64,000 nucleotides of DNA from positions 18,730-82,729 of IMG/VR virus record IMGVR_UViG_2808606954_000002. One strand, written 5' to 3'. Below, piece after piece: positions 1-10,427 of the stretch. Origin of the DNA: a virus (Duplodnaviria; Caudoviricetes). The notes beneath the pieces are model-generated. The model was not told the DNA's origin and searched no databases. It saw nothing but the letters and a program-made list of their open reading frames with translations. Position numbers and translations under genes: made by a program. Numbering within the stretch: position 1 is the first letter of the stretch; each line of letters opens with the position of its first letter.

Positions 1-2
1 AC

Positions 3-1031
3 CGCACCGCCTATCACCTTATTGCCCTGCATTCAGCCGATGGCACTGCCCCGGAATGGCTGCACCTGCTGCCTGCGACATCTTTTAAAGGTGTCGATGG
101 TCGCGGACCTTATGCCGCGCCCGATGCGACTGCGCTTATCGGCCTGTTCAACTCTGAGGGCCGCAAGCTTCCCGTTGACGAAAACCACGCGATTGATCTG
201 GCTGGCAAGTCCGGTCATCCGTCACCAGCGCGCGGCTGGATTGTCGAGCTTCAATCTCGTGATGATGGTGTGTGGGGTCGGGTTGAATGGACCGATGAAG
301 GTCAGTCGCTCGTCGCTGGCAAGTCCTATGGCTATCTGTCGCCGGTATTTTTGCATTCAGCCGCCAAGCCCTATCGGGTCGACAAACTGTTGCGCGTGGC
401 GCTGACCAACGACCCCAATCTCAATTTTCTGACATCCCTTCATAGCCGACAGGAGACCGAAATGCTCGAAGAGCTGCGGAAGGCGCTTGGCCTTCCCGAA
501 ACTGCAACGGAGGCCGAGGTGCTGGCAACCGTTGCCTCCACCCATGCCGCCAATCAGGCCAATACGGCACTGATGGCGAAAATCCGAGAAGCCTCTGGCG
601 TTGATGCCACAGTAACGGGCGATGCGCTGGTGATTGCCCTTCAGTCTCGCGGCAAGCCAACCGCAACGGAAGCCGAAAACACTGAGCTGAAAACTCAACT
701 GGTCTCGCTGCAAGCGCAACTGACCTCGCTTGCGACGGATACTGCCCGCGAAAAGGCTGTGACCACGATTGAGGCGGCCATTGCAGGCGGCAAGATCGTA
801 CCTGCGCTGCGGGATCACATGGTGTCGCGCCATATGAAAAACCCCACAGAGGTCGAGGCCGAGATTGCCTTGATGCCGTCACTCAACGCAGGCGGGCTTG
901 GTGGCCGCAAGCAGGCAATCGACGGCGAAACCGCGATGACCGATGAAGACCAGCAGGTCGCTTCGATGATGGGCTTTGACCCGAAGGTCTTTGCTGAACA
1001 CTCCAAAGCCCTGCACGGGAAAGGCAACTGA
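3..1031 (+). CDS. Mu-like prohead protease/scaffold (I protein), 5'-partial
   Basis: Frame open from nt 3 (PEWLHLLP, GVDGRGPY, LPVDENH, PARGWI, GRVEWT, YLSPVF, ALTNDPNL), followed by a scaffold-like C-terminus. Confidence 0.85.
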   Translation, partial: RTAYHLIALHSADGTAPEWLHLLPATSFKGVDGRGPYAAPDATALIGLFNSEGRKLPVDENHAIDLAGKSGHPSPARGWIVELQSRDDGVWGRVEWTDEGQSLVAGKSYGYLSPVFLHSAAKPYRVDKLLRVALTNDPNLNFLTSLHSRQETEMLEELRKALGLPETATEAEVLATVASTHAANQANTALMAKIREASGVDATVTGDALVIALQSRGKPTATEAENTELKTQLVSLQAQLTSLATDTAREKAVTTIEAAIAGGKIVPALRDHMVSRHMKNPTEVEAEIALMPSLNAGGLGGRKQAIDGETAMTDEDQQVASMMGFDPKVFAEHSKALHGKGN

Positions 1032-1033
1032 TC

Positions 1034-1429
1034 ATGACGGCAACAGATGATATTCGCGCACTTCGCAAGCCCGGTCCTGATCGCTCTTACGCCTATCCGG
1101 TTCTTGCCGGTGTGGTTATCTTTGGCGGCACGGCGGTTGGCATTACCGCCAATCTGGAGGCCGTTCCGGCAGGCCATGCCTCGGCCGTCAAGCTCATGGG
1201 CTTTGCCGATCAGCGGGTTGATAACCGCGACGGTGCCACGGGCGATCTCTACGCCAAGATCGAAAAGGGCGTGCGGCAGATCCCGCTTGCCGGTGCCACC
1301 GCTGCCGACATTGGAGCCACGGTCTACGCCTCGGCCGATGACACGTTCACGCTCACTGCTGGATCGCTTCTGCCGATCGGCACCATTGATGCCATTGACG
1401 CCGAAGGCGTCTGGCTGAACACGCTTTGA
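1034..1429 (+). CDS. Capsid cement/decoration protein (DUF2190-like)
   Basis: 131 aa between protease and capsid genes; GATVYASADDT motif. Confidence 0.6.
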   Translation: MTATDDIRALRKPGPDRSYAYPVLAGVVIFGGTAVGITANLEAVPAGHASAVKLMGFADQRVDNRDGATGDLYAKIEKGVRQIPLAGATAADIGATVYASADDTFTLTAGSLLPIGTIDAIDAEGVWLNTL

Positions 1430-1439
1430 GGATCTGACC

Positions 1440-2333
1440 ATGGATATTAACGCCAGCACACTGCGCTCGATCTACACCGGCCTTTCCACGGCCTTTAACG
1501 CCCGCTTTTCGACGGTGCAGACCTATTACAACATCGTTGCCATGACGGTGCCCTCGACCACGGCGATGAACGAATATCCGCGCCTTGATGATCTGCCGGG
1601 ATTTCGTGAGTGGCTGGGTGATCGCGTCATTCATGATCTGGGTGCGCAGACCTACGTCATCCGCAACAAGACGTTTGAGAAGACCATTTCAATCAAGCGC
1701 GAACAGATCGAAGATGACCAGCTCGGCATCTTTGCACCTGTGTCCTCCCAGATGGGGCAGGATGCGGCCGAGTTCCCAGATCATCTGTGCTGGCCTTTGA
1801 TGAACAAGGGCGAAACGCTCAAATGCTATGACGGCCAGTATTTCTTTGACGCCGATCATCCCGGCTATGATGAGAACGGCAAACGGGTTTCTGTTTCCAA
1901 CTTCACGGCGGGTTCCGGGCCTGCCTGGTATCTGGTTGATGACAGCCAGGTGATGAAGCCGCTGGTCTATCAGACCCGCCGCCCGTTCGCGCTGACGCCT
2001 TTGCAAAGCCCCGATGATCCGAATGTGTTTTTCCAAGGCAAGTTTATCTGGGGCGTGGATGGCCGCAGCAACTCCGGCCTTGGTCTGTGGCAGCTTGCCC
2101 ACAAGAGCAAAGCCGTCTTGAACGAAGCCAACTTCATGGCGGCGCTGACGGCCATGACCACCATGCGCCGTCGTGATGGCTCAATCCTCAAAATCCGCCC
2201 GACCAAGCTTTTGGTGCCGTCTGCCTTGGAGCTGACCGCGCTGAAATTGATCAAGGCGGAACTGACGGGCGGTGGCGATACCAACGTATTGAGCAAGATG
2301 GTCGAGGTTATCTCCGTTCCTTACCTCATTTGA
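1440..2333 (+). CDS. Mu-like major head subunit (gpT family)
   Basis: 297 aa; FREWLGDR, CYDGQYFFDADHP and GVDGRSN..GLWQLA motifs. Confidence 0.9.
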   Translation: MDINASTLRSIYTGLSTAFNARFSTVQTYYNIVAMTVPSTTAMNEYPRLDDLPGFREWLGDRVIHDLGAQTYVIRNKTFEKTISIKREQIEDDQLGIFAPVSSQMGQDAAEFPDHLCWPLMNKGETLKCYDGQYFFDADHPGYDENGKRVSVSNFTAGSGPAWYLVDDSQVMKPLVYQTRRPFALTPLQSPDDPNVFFQGKFIWGVDGRSNSGLGLWQLAHKSKAVLNEANFMAALTAMTTMRRRDGSILKIRPTKLLVPSALELTALKLIKAELTGGGDTNVLSKMVEVISVPYLI

Positions 2334-2362
2334 CGCTTGATCCATTGTGATCGCTTTGCCCA

Positions 2363-2409
2363 TCCGCCGCCAGCGCTCCTCCCGGCTGGCGGCGGTTCCC
2401 TAAAAAAGC
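2363..2409 (+). terminator. GC-rich hairpin after the capsid gene
   Basis: Approx. CCGCCGCCAGC / GCTGGCGGCGG arms with no good U-tract; attenuator or mRNA-stability element. Confidence 0.35.
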
Positions 2410-2424
2410 AAACAGGAACCCGAC

Positions 2425-2799
2425 ATGTCTGATCTTAAAATCCAGATTATCTGCACCTCTCCTGGCATGCGGCGCAATGGCGTCGAGCATCCGGCATCGG
2501 CTCTTTATGCGCCTGATCGCTGGACCAAAAAGGAGCTGGATGCTTTTCGCGCTGACCCGAACTTTGTGGTTCGTGAGGTAACGGGTGCCGAAAGCACGAC
2601 CACGGACGCCGACATCGAGCTTCGCATTGAGGCCGAGGTTGAGAAGCGGCTGAAGGACAAGGCTGATGCCTTGCAGACCTCTTTTGAAGAGGCCGTAACG
2701 GAAAAGGCCAAAGAGCGCGTCGAGGCGCTGGAAGCCAAGGTGAGTGAGCTGAACGCCAAGCTGGACGCGGCCACCAAGAAATCGACCGCAAAATCTTGA
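2425..2799 (+). CDS. HI1506-like Mu head-region protein
   Basis: GMRRNGVEHP N-terminus and coiled-coil C-terminus; position after gpT. Confidence 0.55.
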   Translation: MSDLKIQIICTSPGMRRNGVEHPASALYAPDRWTKKELDAFRADPNFVVREVTGAESTTTDADIELRIEAEVEKRLKDKADALQTSFEEAVTEKAKERVEALEAKVSELNAKLDAATKKSTAKS

Positions 2800-2828
2800 A
2801 GCTTCAACCAAAACGCCGGAATTGATCC

Positions 2829-3266
2829 ATGTACGCCACTGTCACCCATATGATTGCCCGCTTTGGCGAGACGCATCTGATCCGTCTGTCTCGGCCAGAA
2901 GATCGCACGGCCGAGACGGTGGATGAGGCCAAGGTGAACACAGCGCTGGCGGATGCCTCGGCCTTGATCGATGGTTATATCCGTGGCCGCTACTTTGTGC
3001 CGATTGCTTCACCGCCTGACGAGATCATTCGCGCCGCCTGCGTTCTCGCCCGCTATGATCTCGCCCAGGGCGAACATATGGACCCATCCGAGGAAATGGC
3101 GAAAGCCCGCAAGGATGTGATCGCCTGGCTGGAAAACATCTCGCGCGAACTGGTCAATCTGGATGTGCCAGCGGCCCGGCCAACCGGCACCAATGCAGTT
3201 GGCTCCGGCCCGCGCGTCTCGGATCGGCCGCGCATTGTCACTCATGAGACGTTGCGAGGCTTTTGA
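2829..3266 (+). CDS. Mu gp36-like head-tail adaptor (DUF1320)
   Basis: MYATVTHMIARFG, ALADASALIDGY and ARYDL motifs. Confidence 0.85.
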   Translation: MYATVTHMIARFGETHLIRLSRPEDRTAETVDEAKVNTALADASALIDGYIRGRYFVPIASPPDEIIRAACVLARYDLAQGEHMDPSEEMAKARKDVIAWLENISRELVNLDVPAARPTGTNAVGSGPRVSDRPRIVTHETLRGF

Positions 3267-3267
3267 G

Positions 3268-3843
3268 ATGGACCTCTCCAGACAGCCCATTGCCCGCATG
3301 GAAGCGCTGATTAAAGAGCGCCTGCGCATTGCCTTTCCGGCCAAAACATTTGGCATTGAGCGGGTACCGCAAACCATGACGCTTGCCGAGTTCACCCGTC
3401 TGTCGCGGCTCACACCGTTTATCGGCCTGGCATGGACTGGCATGAAGCCGGACGGTGATGCCGGGCGTCGGTTGGACGGCAAAATGCTGTGGCGGTTGAT
3501 CCTGATTTACAAGGCTTCAAATGGTCTTGAAGCCCGCTTCAAAGGCGATGCCAAGGGCCTCGGCCTTGATGCGATGATTGATGTGTCGATGGCGCTTTTG
3601 CACGGCTGGACGCTGCCAGAGGTCGGGCGATGTGCGGTGACACTGGCCAACAGCGTCATTGCCGATGGCTTCACCGACGATGCCGTTGTGATTGCGCAAG
3701 TGGATTTCGAGATCCGCTTTGCCGCTCCCGTTGCCGACTATGACCTGATCACGCTTGCCGAGTTCCAGGCGCTGGCTGTGAGCTGGTCGCTGGACGGGGC
3801 AACCGACACGCTCACCGATACGATTTCACAGGAGGCACCATGA
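3268..3843 (+). CDS. Mu gp37-like tail terminator
   Basis: ATG 3268 immediately after the gp36 stop; synteny. Confidence 0.6.
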   Translation: MDLSRQPIARMEALIKERLRIAFPAKTFGIERVPQTMTLAEFTRLSRLTPFIGLAWTGMKPDGDAGRRLDGKMLWRLILIYKASNGLEARFKGDAKGLGLDAMIDVSMALLHGWTLPEVGRCAVTLANSVIADGFTDDAVVIAQVDFEIRFAAPVADYDLITLAEFQALAVSWSLDGATDTLTDTISQEAP

Positions 3844-4061
3844 CCACCCGATTTCTCAAACCCGCACCCGGCCGTCATGTTGACCAGCTGGACGGCACAC
3901 CCTGGCCAACTGATGGCATGAATGCGGCAAACACGCTTTTCGTTCGTCGCCGCCTCAAGGACGGCGATCTGATTGAGGCCGACAGACCCGTTACCGCGTC
4001 GTCGCCAGCAATCGCTGATCCGGTCACGACATCGGCCAAAACCACCCGGAAGGACACCTAA
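3840..4061 (+). CDS. DUF2635 family small tail protein
   Basis: LKPAPGR..RRRLKDGDL motif, immediately before the sheath gene. Confidence 0.75.
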   Translation: MTTRFLKPAPGRHVDQLDGTPWPTDGMNAANTLFVRRRLKDGDLIEADRPVTASSPAIADPVTTSAKTTRKDT

Positions 4062-4063
4062 TC

Positions 4064-5554
4064 ATGGATTTTGATGAAATCCCATATCAGTGGCGGCAGC
4101 CTGCTACACTGTTGGAGATCAAGCCCAACTACGCCAACAAGGGCCTTTTTGACTGGCCGGAACAGGCGTTGATCATTGGTCAGAAGCTTGCCACCGGCTC
4201 TATCGAAATTGGCAAGATTGTTGAAGTCACGCGCTGGCAGGATGGTATCAGCCTGTTTGGACGTGGCTCGGTCGGTGCCAAGATGGTGGAAGCCTATCGC
4301 AAGGCCAACAAGACAAGCCCGCTGTTCGTTATCGCTCTGGGTGATGCCGCAGGTGCCGTCAAGGCAACGGGTACCTTTACTTTTGCAGGAGCGATGAGCG
4401 CATCGGTGGTCTTGCGGTTTCGTATTGCAGGCCGCCAGATCCGCATCACGGCGCTGGCAACAGATGCACCAGCGACTTTGGCAACCAAGCTTGCTGCTGC
4501 CATCAATGCCGATGCCGATGCGGAAGTGACGGCAACAGCGGCCGACGCTGTTGTCACCTGCACCGCCCGGCACGGTGGCGAGGTTGGCAACGAGATTGAT
4601 CTGCGGGTCGATACCAGGGCGCAAGTCCTGCCTGCTGGTCTGACGATCACGGTTGCCGCTATGGCAGGCGGCACGGGTAATCCCGATCTTCAGGCAGCAC
4701 TCGATGTGATCGCCAACACATGGTTCACCACCATCGGCATTCCATGGGCCGATAGCACCAATGTTGGTATCTTCGCGCTCTGGCTCAAGGATCGGTACAC
4801 GGCCACAGCCCGGCGCGACGCGCATGGTTTTGTGTTCACCCATGGCACCTATGGTCAATTGAGCGCGTTCGGCCAGTTGACCAATTGCCAGCAGCTGACA
4901 GTCGGCGGCATGAAGGGCATGATGGAACCGGCTTATGTGCTGGCGGCTTCCCTCATGGGTGTTTGGTCTTTCCACCGCACCAATGATCCGGCCCGCCAGT
5001 TGCGGTCCTTGGTGGTGCCGAATGTCACGGCCCCTGATGCGGTGGATCAGTTCACCGACGAGGAAAAGAACCTGTTGCTCTATCGCGGCATCTCGACTTT
5101 CGAGTGCCTGGCCGATGACACGGTGACAATTGCCCGCCTGATCACGACCTATAAGAAAAGCAATCTGGGCGTTGATGATGATGCCTGGCTCGACATCATG
5201 GTGCCCGCCACCATGTCACGCATCCGCTATGATTTTGCGGCTTATGTGGCGGTGATGTATCCGCGCGCCAAGTTGGTGGATGATGACAGCATGGCGGCCT
5301 TTGCCACCACCGGCACGGCCAGTGGCGATAGTGCATCCAGCGCCGTGGTTTCGCCGGGGCGCATGCATGCCAGCTGGGCGGCCCGCTGTAAGCTGTACGG
5401 CGAAAAGGTCTGGATCATGGACACGGCAACCACGGTGAGACAAAGCGTGTTTGCCATTTCAGGCAATGACAAGAACCGGCTGGAAAGCCGCCAGCAGGTC
5501 AAGATCGTTGGCAATCTGATGGTGCTGGCTGGCAGCCTTGAGTTCCAGGTTTAA
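4064..5554 (+). CDS. Contractile tail sheath (Mu gpL family)
   Basis: 496 aa; FGRGS, ARHGGEVGN, TNDPARQL and ITTYKKS motifs. Confidence 0.9.
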   Translation: MDFDEIPYQWRQPATLLEIKPNYANKGLFDWPEQALIIGQKLATGSIEIGKIVEVTRWQDGISLFGRGSVGAKMVEAYRKANKTSPLFVIALGDAAGAVKATGTFTFAGAMSASVVLRFRIAGRQIRITALATDAPATLATKLAAAINADADAEVTATAADAVVTCTARHGGEVGNEIDLRVDTRAQVLPAGLTITVAAMAGGTGNPDLQAALDVIANTWFTTIGIPWADSTNVGIFALWLKDRYTATARRDAHGFVFTHGTYGQLSAFGQLTNCQQLTVGGMKGMMEPAYVLAASLMGVWSFHRTNDPARQLRSLVVPNVTAPDAVDQFTDEEKNLLLYRGISTFECLADDTVTIARLITTYKKSNLGVDDDAWLDIMVPATMSRIRYDFAAYVAVMYPRAKLVDDDSMAAFATTGTASGDSASSAVVSPGRMHASWAARCKLYGEKVWIMDTATTVRQSVFAISGNDKNRLESRQQVKIVGNLMVLAGSLEFQV

Positions 5555-5569
5555 GAAAGGAAACAAGAC

Positions 5570-5932
5570 ATGGCACAGACAGTCGGCATTATCGACATTG
5601 TGTGGAACGGCCGTTATCTCGCTTGCGAGAAAGGCTCAAAGGCCAAGCTTGGCGGCATCAAGAACAATCCCGTCACCCATGGCCGCAAGGTCAGCCGTGC
5701 GCAGGAATATCAAGGTTCGGAAATAGAGGCCACCGTGCCGTTTGAGCGCGGCATGACGCTTGCCGACATCTGGACGGAAGGCGAGGGCGAATTGCAAGTC
5801 CGCCTCGATACCGGGCAAACCTATGTCTGGAATGATGCATTCTTGAGTGGTGACCGCCCGACGATTTCGGAAGGCGAAGGCGGCAAGGTGCAGCTCAAAT
5901 GGTCTGGCGGAACCCCTGAGGAGGTGATCTGA
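5570..5932 (+). CDS. Tail tube protein (Mu gpM family)
   Basis: 120 aa directly after the sheath gene. Confidence 0.8.
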   Translation: MAQTVGIIDIVWNGRYLACEKGSKAKLGGIKNNPVTHGRKVSRAQEYQGSEIEATVPFERGMTLADIWTEGEGELQVRLDTGQTYVWNDAFLSGDRPTISEGEGGKVQLKWSGGTPEEVI

Positions 5933-6414
5933 TGAGCAAGGCTTTGACAGGCAAGAACGTGGCTATTGATCTTGATGAAGATGCGCCGGTAACAGCGCCA
6001 AGCCATTCGGATAGCGCTGTGGTTGATCTGGATGGTGGTGCATCACGTACAAGCGATATTGTCGATGAGGATGGTGATCCGCGTGACCGCTTGCCGGATC
6101 GGGCGGTGATCAATGCTGACGGCTCGGTGACATTGCCGCTTCTTTTTCCGCAAACCCTGACCACCAGAAAGGATGGCAAGGTGCGCGACAAGGAGTTCGC
6201 ATCATTGACGTTTCACCGGATGCGGGGCGCTGACCAGATGGCAATCTCGGCTGTGCCAGAGGAAAAGCAGATCTCGGTTGCCTTTGCCCGCTCGACGCGC
6301 ACACCGCAAATGGTGATGGACAAGCTTTATGAAAAGCTTGATCTGGAAGACATCACCGACGCAGGCCGGGTGCTGAACCATTTTTTGACGAGTGGCCGCA
6401 AAACTGGCCGGTGA
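5932..6414 (+). CDS. Tail assembly chaperone, with predicted -1 frameshift extension to 6545
   Basis: Between tube and tape measure; TTTTTTG at 6381-6387; -1 frame open to TAG at 6543-6545. Confidence 0.8.
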   Translation: MSKALTGKNVAIDLDEDAPVTAPSHSDSAVVDLDGGASRTSDIVDEDGDPRDRLPDRAVINADGSVTLPLLFPQTLTTRKDGKVRDKEFASLTFHRMRGADQMAISAVPEEKQISVAFARSTRTPQMVMDKLYEKLDLEDITDAGRVLNHFLTSGRKTGR

Positions 6415-6551
6415 TCCTTGGCGGTCTGGCTGATGGCTCCGGCTTCAGCGCCTCTGAGATCGGGGCGATGACCAAGGATCAGGCGGTGACATGGTGGAAT
6501 TGCATCATGTCGTTTCGCCAGGAAGTGCAGAAACAAACTGAATAGGTCATG

Positions 6552-6596
6552 CCCGCCCACGATGGCTGGCATGATCTTTTTGGCGCGCGCGCGATA
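6552..6596 (+). promoter_or_regulatory. Putative late-promoter motif, copy A
   Basis: CCCGCCCAC-N7-GGCATGA-N8-GCGCGCGCGCGATA upstream of the tape measure gene; identically spaced copy at 12141-12185. Confidence 0.55.
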
Positions 6597-6624
6597 GGTT
6601 GGACCGCCAATCTGGAGGCGGGCC

Positions 6625-9186
6625 GTGGCCAATCGCAATATGAACCTCGACGTGATCGTGCGCCTCAAAGACCTTTTAAGCGGGCCTTTAAGGGGTGTTA
6701 AAGCAGCGCTCGAAGGTGTCGCCAACATGGCGCGCAAGATCGGCATTGTCGGTGCGGCTGTTGCCGGGATCAGTTTCCTTGCACCCATTCAGGAAGCCGC
6801 AGCTTTCCAGCAACAGCTCCTCGATATTGCGGGCACCTCCAATCTCGTTGGCAATGCCGCCTTTGCCTATGTTGGCAAATCAAAAGAACAGTTCGAAACC
6901 TTGGCGCTGCAAATCGGCCAACTGTCTGACACGGTTGCCAAGGGTGCGGGGCAGATGATTGCAGCCGGTGTTGATCCCAAGTTGGTCGACGCCTCGGTCA
7001 GCAGCATTGGCCGTGCCGCCACTGCCGCGAACGCCGAATTTGCCGACATGGCGGGCGTTGCCACCTCCTTGCTCACCACGCTCAAACTGCCTGCCGATCA
7101 GCTGGACAGTGCGCTGGGCGGTCTTGTGGTGGCGGGCAAGGAAGGTGCGTTCGAGCTGAAGGACATGGCCAAGTATTTCCCGACGCTGACCAGCCAGATG
7201 GCGAAATTCGGCATCACGGGCCGCGAAGCCGTCAATTTCTTGGGTGCCGGTTTGCAGATTGCCCGCAAAGGCACGGCCGATCCGGCAGAAGCCGCCAACA
7301 ATCTCAAGAACTTCCTGAGCAAGGTTCTCGCACCCGCCACCATCAAGAATTTTAAGGACATGGGTGTCGACATAGAGGGCGTCATGAAAGATGCCGCCAC
7401 CAAGGGCATCAATCCGATTGAGGCGGTGGTGCAAAAGATCACCAAGCTCACCGGGATCTCGTCCAACGAGGTCGACAAGATGATGAAAAAGGCCAAGGCG
7501 GCGGGCATGACCGACGCTGAAGCTCTGAAAACCGTGCGCGAACAGATTGAAAAGACGGCAGGCGCTGGCAAGCTTGGGCAATTGTTCGGTGACATGCAGG
7601 TGATGGATTTCCTGCTGCCGATGCTGGGCAATATTGATGAATACCAGCGGATCAAGGGTGAGGTGGCGAAAGCGACCGGCTCTGTCATTGATGCCGATTT
7701 TGAAACCCAGATGCAGGGGCTAAACCGGCAGCTGACCACGTTTAAGGAAATCGGCGCGCAAGGTGCGCGCGAGGTTGGTTTTGCCTTTGGCACATGGTTG
7801 CCGATGATCAACGACAATCTGGCCGCTGCCCTCAAGTGGTTGCGCGAGCTGGACGCCTCCACGGGCGGCATGGTGAAAAAGGCGCTGGCTTTTGCGGGTG
7901 CTGGCGTTTTGCTGGCCGCAGCCCTTGGTGTGCTGGGCGTCATCTTGCCGGTTATTGGTGCCGGGCTTTCCATGATCGGCGCACTTCTTAGCCCGGTTGG
8001 GATTGTGCTTGCGTTGATCGCGGCGGCCGGTGTTGCGATTTATCGCAACTGGTCAAGCATTGGTCCGTCATTGCAGCGCATATGGGCTGGGCTTGGAGGC
8101 GTCTGGTCAAGCGTCATGGGGACGATGCGAGACGCTCTTCCTCGTCTCAAACAGATAGGCTCAGAAATCGTGCAGGCCGGTCGCGAGATGATCGACCGCT
8201 ATGGTCCTGTCGTGAGGCAGGGCTTTCAGGCGGCCTGGCGGGATGTTTCTGTCGGGTTTGCCAAGCTTGGTGATCTGTTCAAGGGCTTCTCGAAAGGCCT
8301 CAATCTTGATGCCATCATGTCAGGGCTGACCATCGACAATGCCAAAATTTTAGCATTCGGCGCTCTTGATGTTGCTCTTCGCGGTATTGCGACAGCTTGG
8401 GCTGCCCTGAAGGATTTTGGCTCTGGCTTTGCGCCTTATCTGTCTGGTATTGGCGAAAACTTAGGGGGCACAGTGAAAGCGATTGGCGAAATCGCCAGTG
8501 GACTATGGCGGCTCGTCAAAGCACTTGTGTCCTTGGTTTCATTCGATCCGGCCAAAGCCAGCGGCGTTTTTACATGGCTTGGCAGTTTTGCCGGAGGAGC
8601 GATTGAAGTTGCAACCTTTGCCATCCGCACCATGGCTGAAGCGTTTGCCCACCTTATCACAACGATGGCTGATCTGGCCGAAGGCAAGATCAGCTGGGAG
8701 AGCCTTATTCCGCAGGGGGTTTCGGAGGCGTGGAAAGATGCTTCAACGGCGGTGACGGGTTTTCTGACCTCTGCCAAGACGTTGGCGACCGATCTCTATG
8801 ATACGGGTGTGCAGGCAGGCAAAGCCATGGTCGATGGCATTATAGCGGCCTTTGATGCGCTCGTTGCGTGGTTCAAGGGATTGCCCGGCCGGATCAAGGA
8901 CGCCATTGGCAAGATTGATCTTTCCAGCATTATCAGCATGCCATCCTTGCCAAGCTGGCTTGGCGGTGGTGGTCCCAAGCCGCCCGCCGCTGCAAACCAG
9001 AATGCACTTCCAGCAACGGCTTTGCCCGCGCAAGCTTCGCCCACCGCACAGCCCGCTCAACAGCTGAACGTCAACACCACGGCAACGGTGAAGGTCGATG
9101 GCCCCGGTCAGGTTTCCAGCCAGGCAACCAGCGTGACCTCGCCATCGCCAAACGTCAACACGGGCCGAGTTGTCGGGAGGGACTGA
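6625..9186 (+). CDS. Tape measure protein
   Basis: 853 aa, Ala/Gly-rich and helical; AGKEGAFELKDMA motif; position after the chaperone. Confidence 0.9.
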   Translation: MANRNMNLDVIVRLKDLLSGPLRGVKAALEGVANMARKIGIVGAAVAGISFLAPIQEAAAFQQQLLDIAGTSNLVGNAAFAYVGKSKEQFETLALQIGQLSDTVAKGAGQMIAAGVDPKLVDASVSSIGRAATAANAEFADMAGVATSLLTTLKLPADQLDSALGGLVVAGKEGAFELKDMAKYFPTLTSQMAKFGITGREAVNFLGAGLQIARKGTADPAEAANNLKNFLSKVLAPATIKNFKDMGVDIEGVMKDAATKGINPIEAVVQKITKLTGISSNEVDKMMKKAKAAGMTDAEALKTVREQIEKTAGAGKLGQLFGDMQVMDFLLPMLGNIDEYQRIKGEVAKATGSVIDADFETQMQGLNRQLTTFKEIGAQGAREVGFAFGTWLPMINDNLAAALKWLRELDASTGGMVKKALAFAGAGVLLAAALGVLGVILPVIGAGLSMIGALLSPVGIVLALIAAAGVAIYRNWSSIGPSLQRIWAGLGGVWSSVMGTMRDALPRLKQIGSEIVQAGREMIDRYGPVVRQGFQAAWRDVSVGFAKLGDLFKGFSKGLNLDAIMSGLTIDNAKILAFGALDVALRGIATAWAALKDFGSGFAPYLSGIGENLGGTVKAIGEIASGLWRLVKALVSLVSFDPAKASGVFTWLGSFAGGAIEVATFAIRTMAEAFAHLITTMADLAEGKISWESLIPQGVSEAWKDASTAVTGFLTSAKTLATDLYDTGVQAGKAMVDGIIAAFDALVAWFKGLPGRIKDAIGKIDLSSIISMPSLPSWLGGGGPKPPAAANQNALPATALPAQASPTAQPAQQLNVNTTATVKVDGPGQVSSQATSVTSPSPNVNTGRVVGRD

Positions 9187-10427
9187 TGCGGCTGGATGAT
9201 CTCAATTCTGGCGATGGCCTGCTGCCCGGCATGTTTCGTGGCATTCCGATCAGCATATTGGATGCGTCCAGCGATCACGGGCGGCGCGTGCTGGAATATC
9301 TGTTTCCCGGTGTAGATCCTGCGGCTTACGATGATTTCGGGTTGGGGCCGTCCGGGATCAGCATCGAGGCGCTCTATATTGGCGATGATTATAAAGTGCA
9401 GGCCAGGCTTTTGGCCGCTGCTTTCGAGACGCCCGGTCCCGGCCTTCTGATCCATCCGTGGCTTGGTCCGATCTCGGTCATCATGGAAGAGCCTGGGCAG
9501 ATCCGCTTTTCCGAGCGTGAGCTGCGGGTGCTGCGCATCTCGGCCCGGTTCAAACGCGCGCCTGTTGTTGCGCTTGGGTTTGGCTTTTCCAGCCAGTTGG
9601 CGGATAGCATCACCGGGATGGTGAGCGCGATCACCGGGCTTGTCTCGATTATTGCCAGCGTGGTCTTGTCATCCACCCGGATCTCGGCCTCACGCCGAAG
9701 TGTGCGGGTGGTCAATGCGGTGGCGGCAAGCCTCACCACGCCACCGTCGGCGCGCAGCGCCTTGACTTCCGTTCGTGTGGCGCTGGCCACGTCCGCCCCG
9801 CAATCGCCTCTCGCGTTTGATGCTTGGATTGCCAGCGCCAGCGCCGTTATCTCAACGGTGATTGAGCTGTCGCCGGTGGGATCGGCCAGCGACAAGAAGG
9901 AAGAGCCATCACCACAGGCTTTGATGACCATCGGCTTGTCCATGGCATCCGGCCTGATTGCGCAGGTGAAGTCTGCGCCGTCTGCCATTGATCGCCTGTT
10001 GCTGGTCGTGGCCGCAGCGCGGTTTGTGTCAGATGTGGCGGCGCAATCGCCCTATGCCGAGTTCACGTCTCGCAATGAGGCGATGACGTTTCGGGCTTCG
10101 ATGACCACCGCTCTCTCGAACATCATTGATCTGGTTGAAGACAACAGCCCGGATACCATGCAGGCGGCAAGCCGAAAGGTTATTCGGGCTGGCCGCGCAT
10201 TATCGGCCGCACTGGTGACCGATCTCAATGAGGTGATTGGCACCTTGCCTGCGGTGCAAGCGATGACCACCACACGCTCAGTCGATGCCTGGGCGATTGC
10301 CCAGCATCTGGCTGGCGATACGCCGTCCAGACTTGAGGCGGTCTATGCTGATATTGTTGCCCGCAACGGGCCGGTGCATCCCGCCAATCTCACGTCCGGA
10401 CGTGTCGAGTTTCTGGAGCTGGATTGA
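9186..10427 (+). CDS. Mu gpN-like DNA circularisation protein
   Basis: FRGIP..GRRVLEYLFPG..D and LIHPWLG N-terminal motifs. Confidence 0.85.
   Translation: MRLDDLNSGDGLLPGMFRGIPISILDASSDHGRRVLEYLFPGVDPAAYDDFGLGPSGISIEALYIGDDYKVQARLLAAAFETPGPGLLIHPWLGPISVIMEEPGQIRFSERELRVLRISARFKRAPVVALGFGFSSQLADSITGMVSAITGLVSIIASVVLSSTRISASRRSVRVVNAVAASLTTPPSARSALTSVRVALATSAPQSPLAFDAWIASASAVISTVIELSPVGSASDKKEEPSPQALMTIGLSMASGLIAQVKSAPSAIDRLLLVVAAARFVSDVAAQSPYAEFTSRNEAMTFRASMTTALSNIIDLVEDNSPDTMQAASRKVIRAGRALSAALVTDLNEVIGTLPAVQAMTTTRSVDAWAIAQHLAGDTPSRLEAVYADIVARNGPVHPANLTSGRVEFLELD

Noticed and set aside
4058-7973. Long antisense ORFs (e.g. 4058-4975, 6880-7581, 7098-7973; likewise 36496-37590, 40202-41182)
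   Set aside because: These are shadows of GC-rich coding genes on the opposite strand, with no motifs or RBS.
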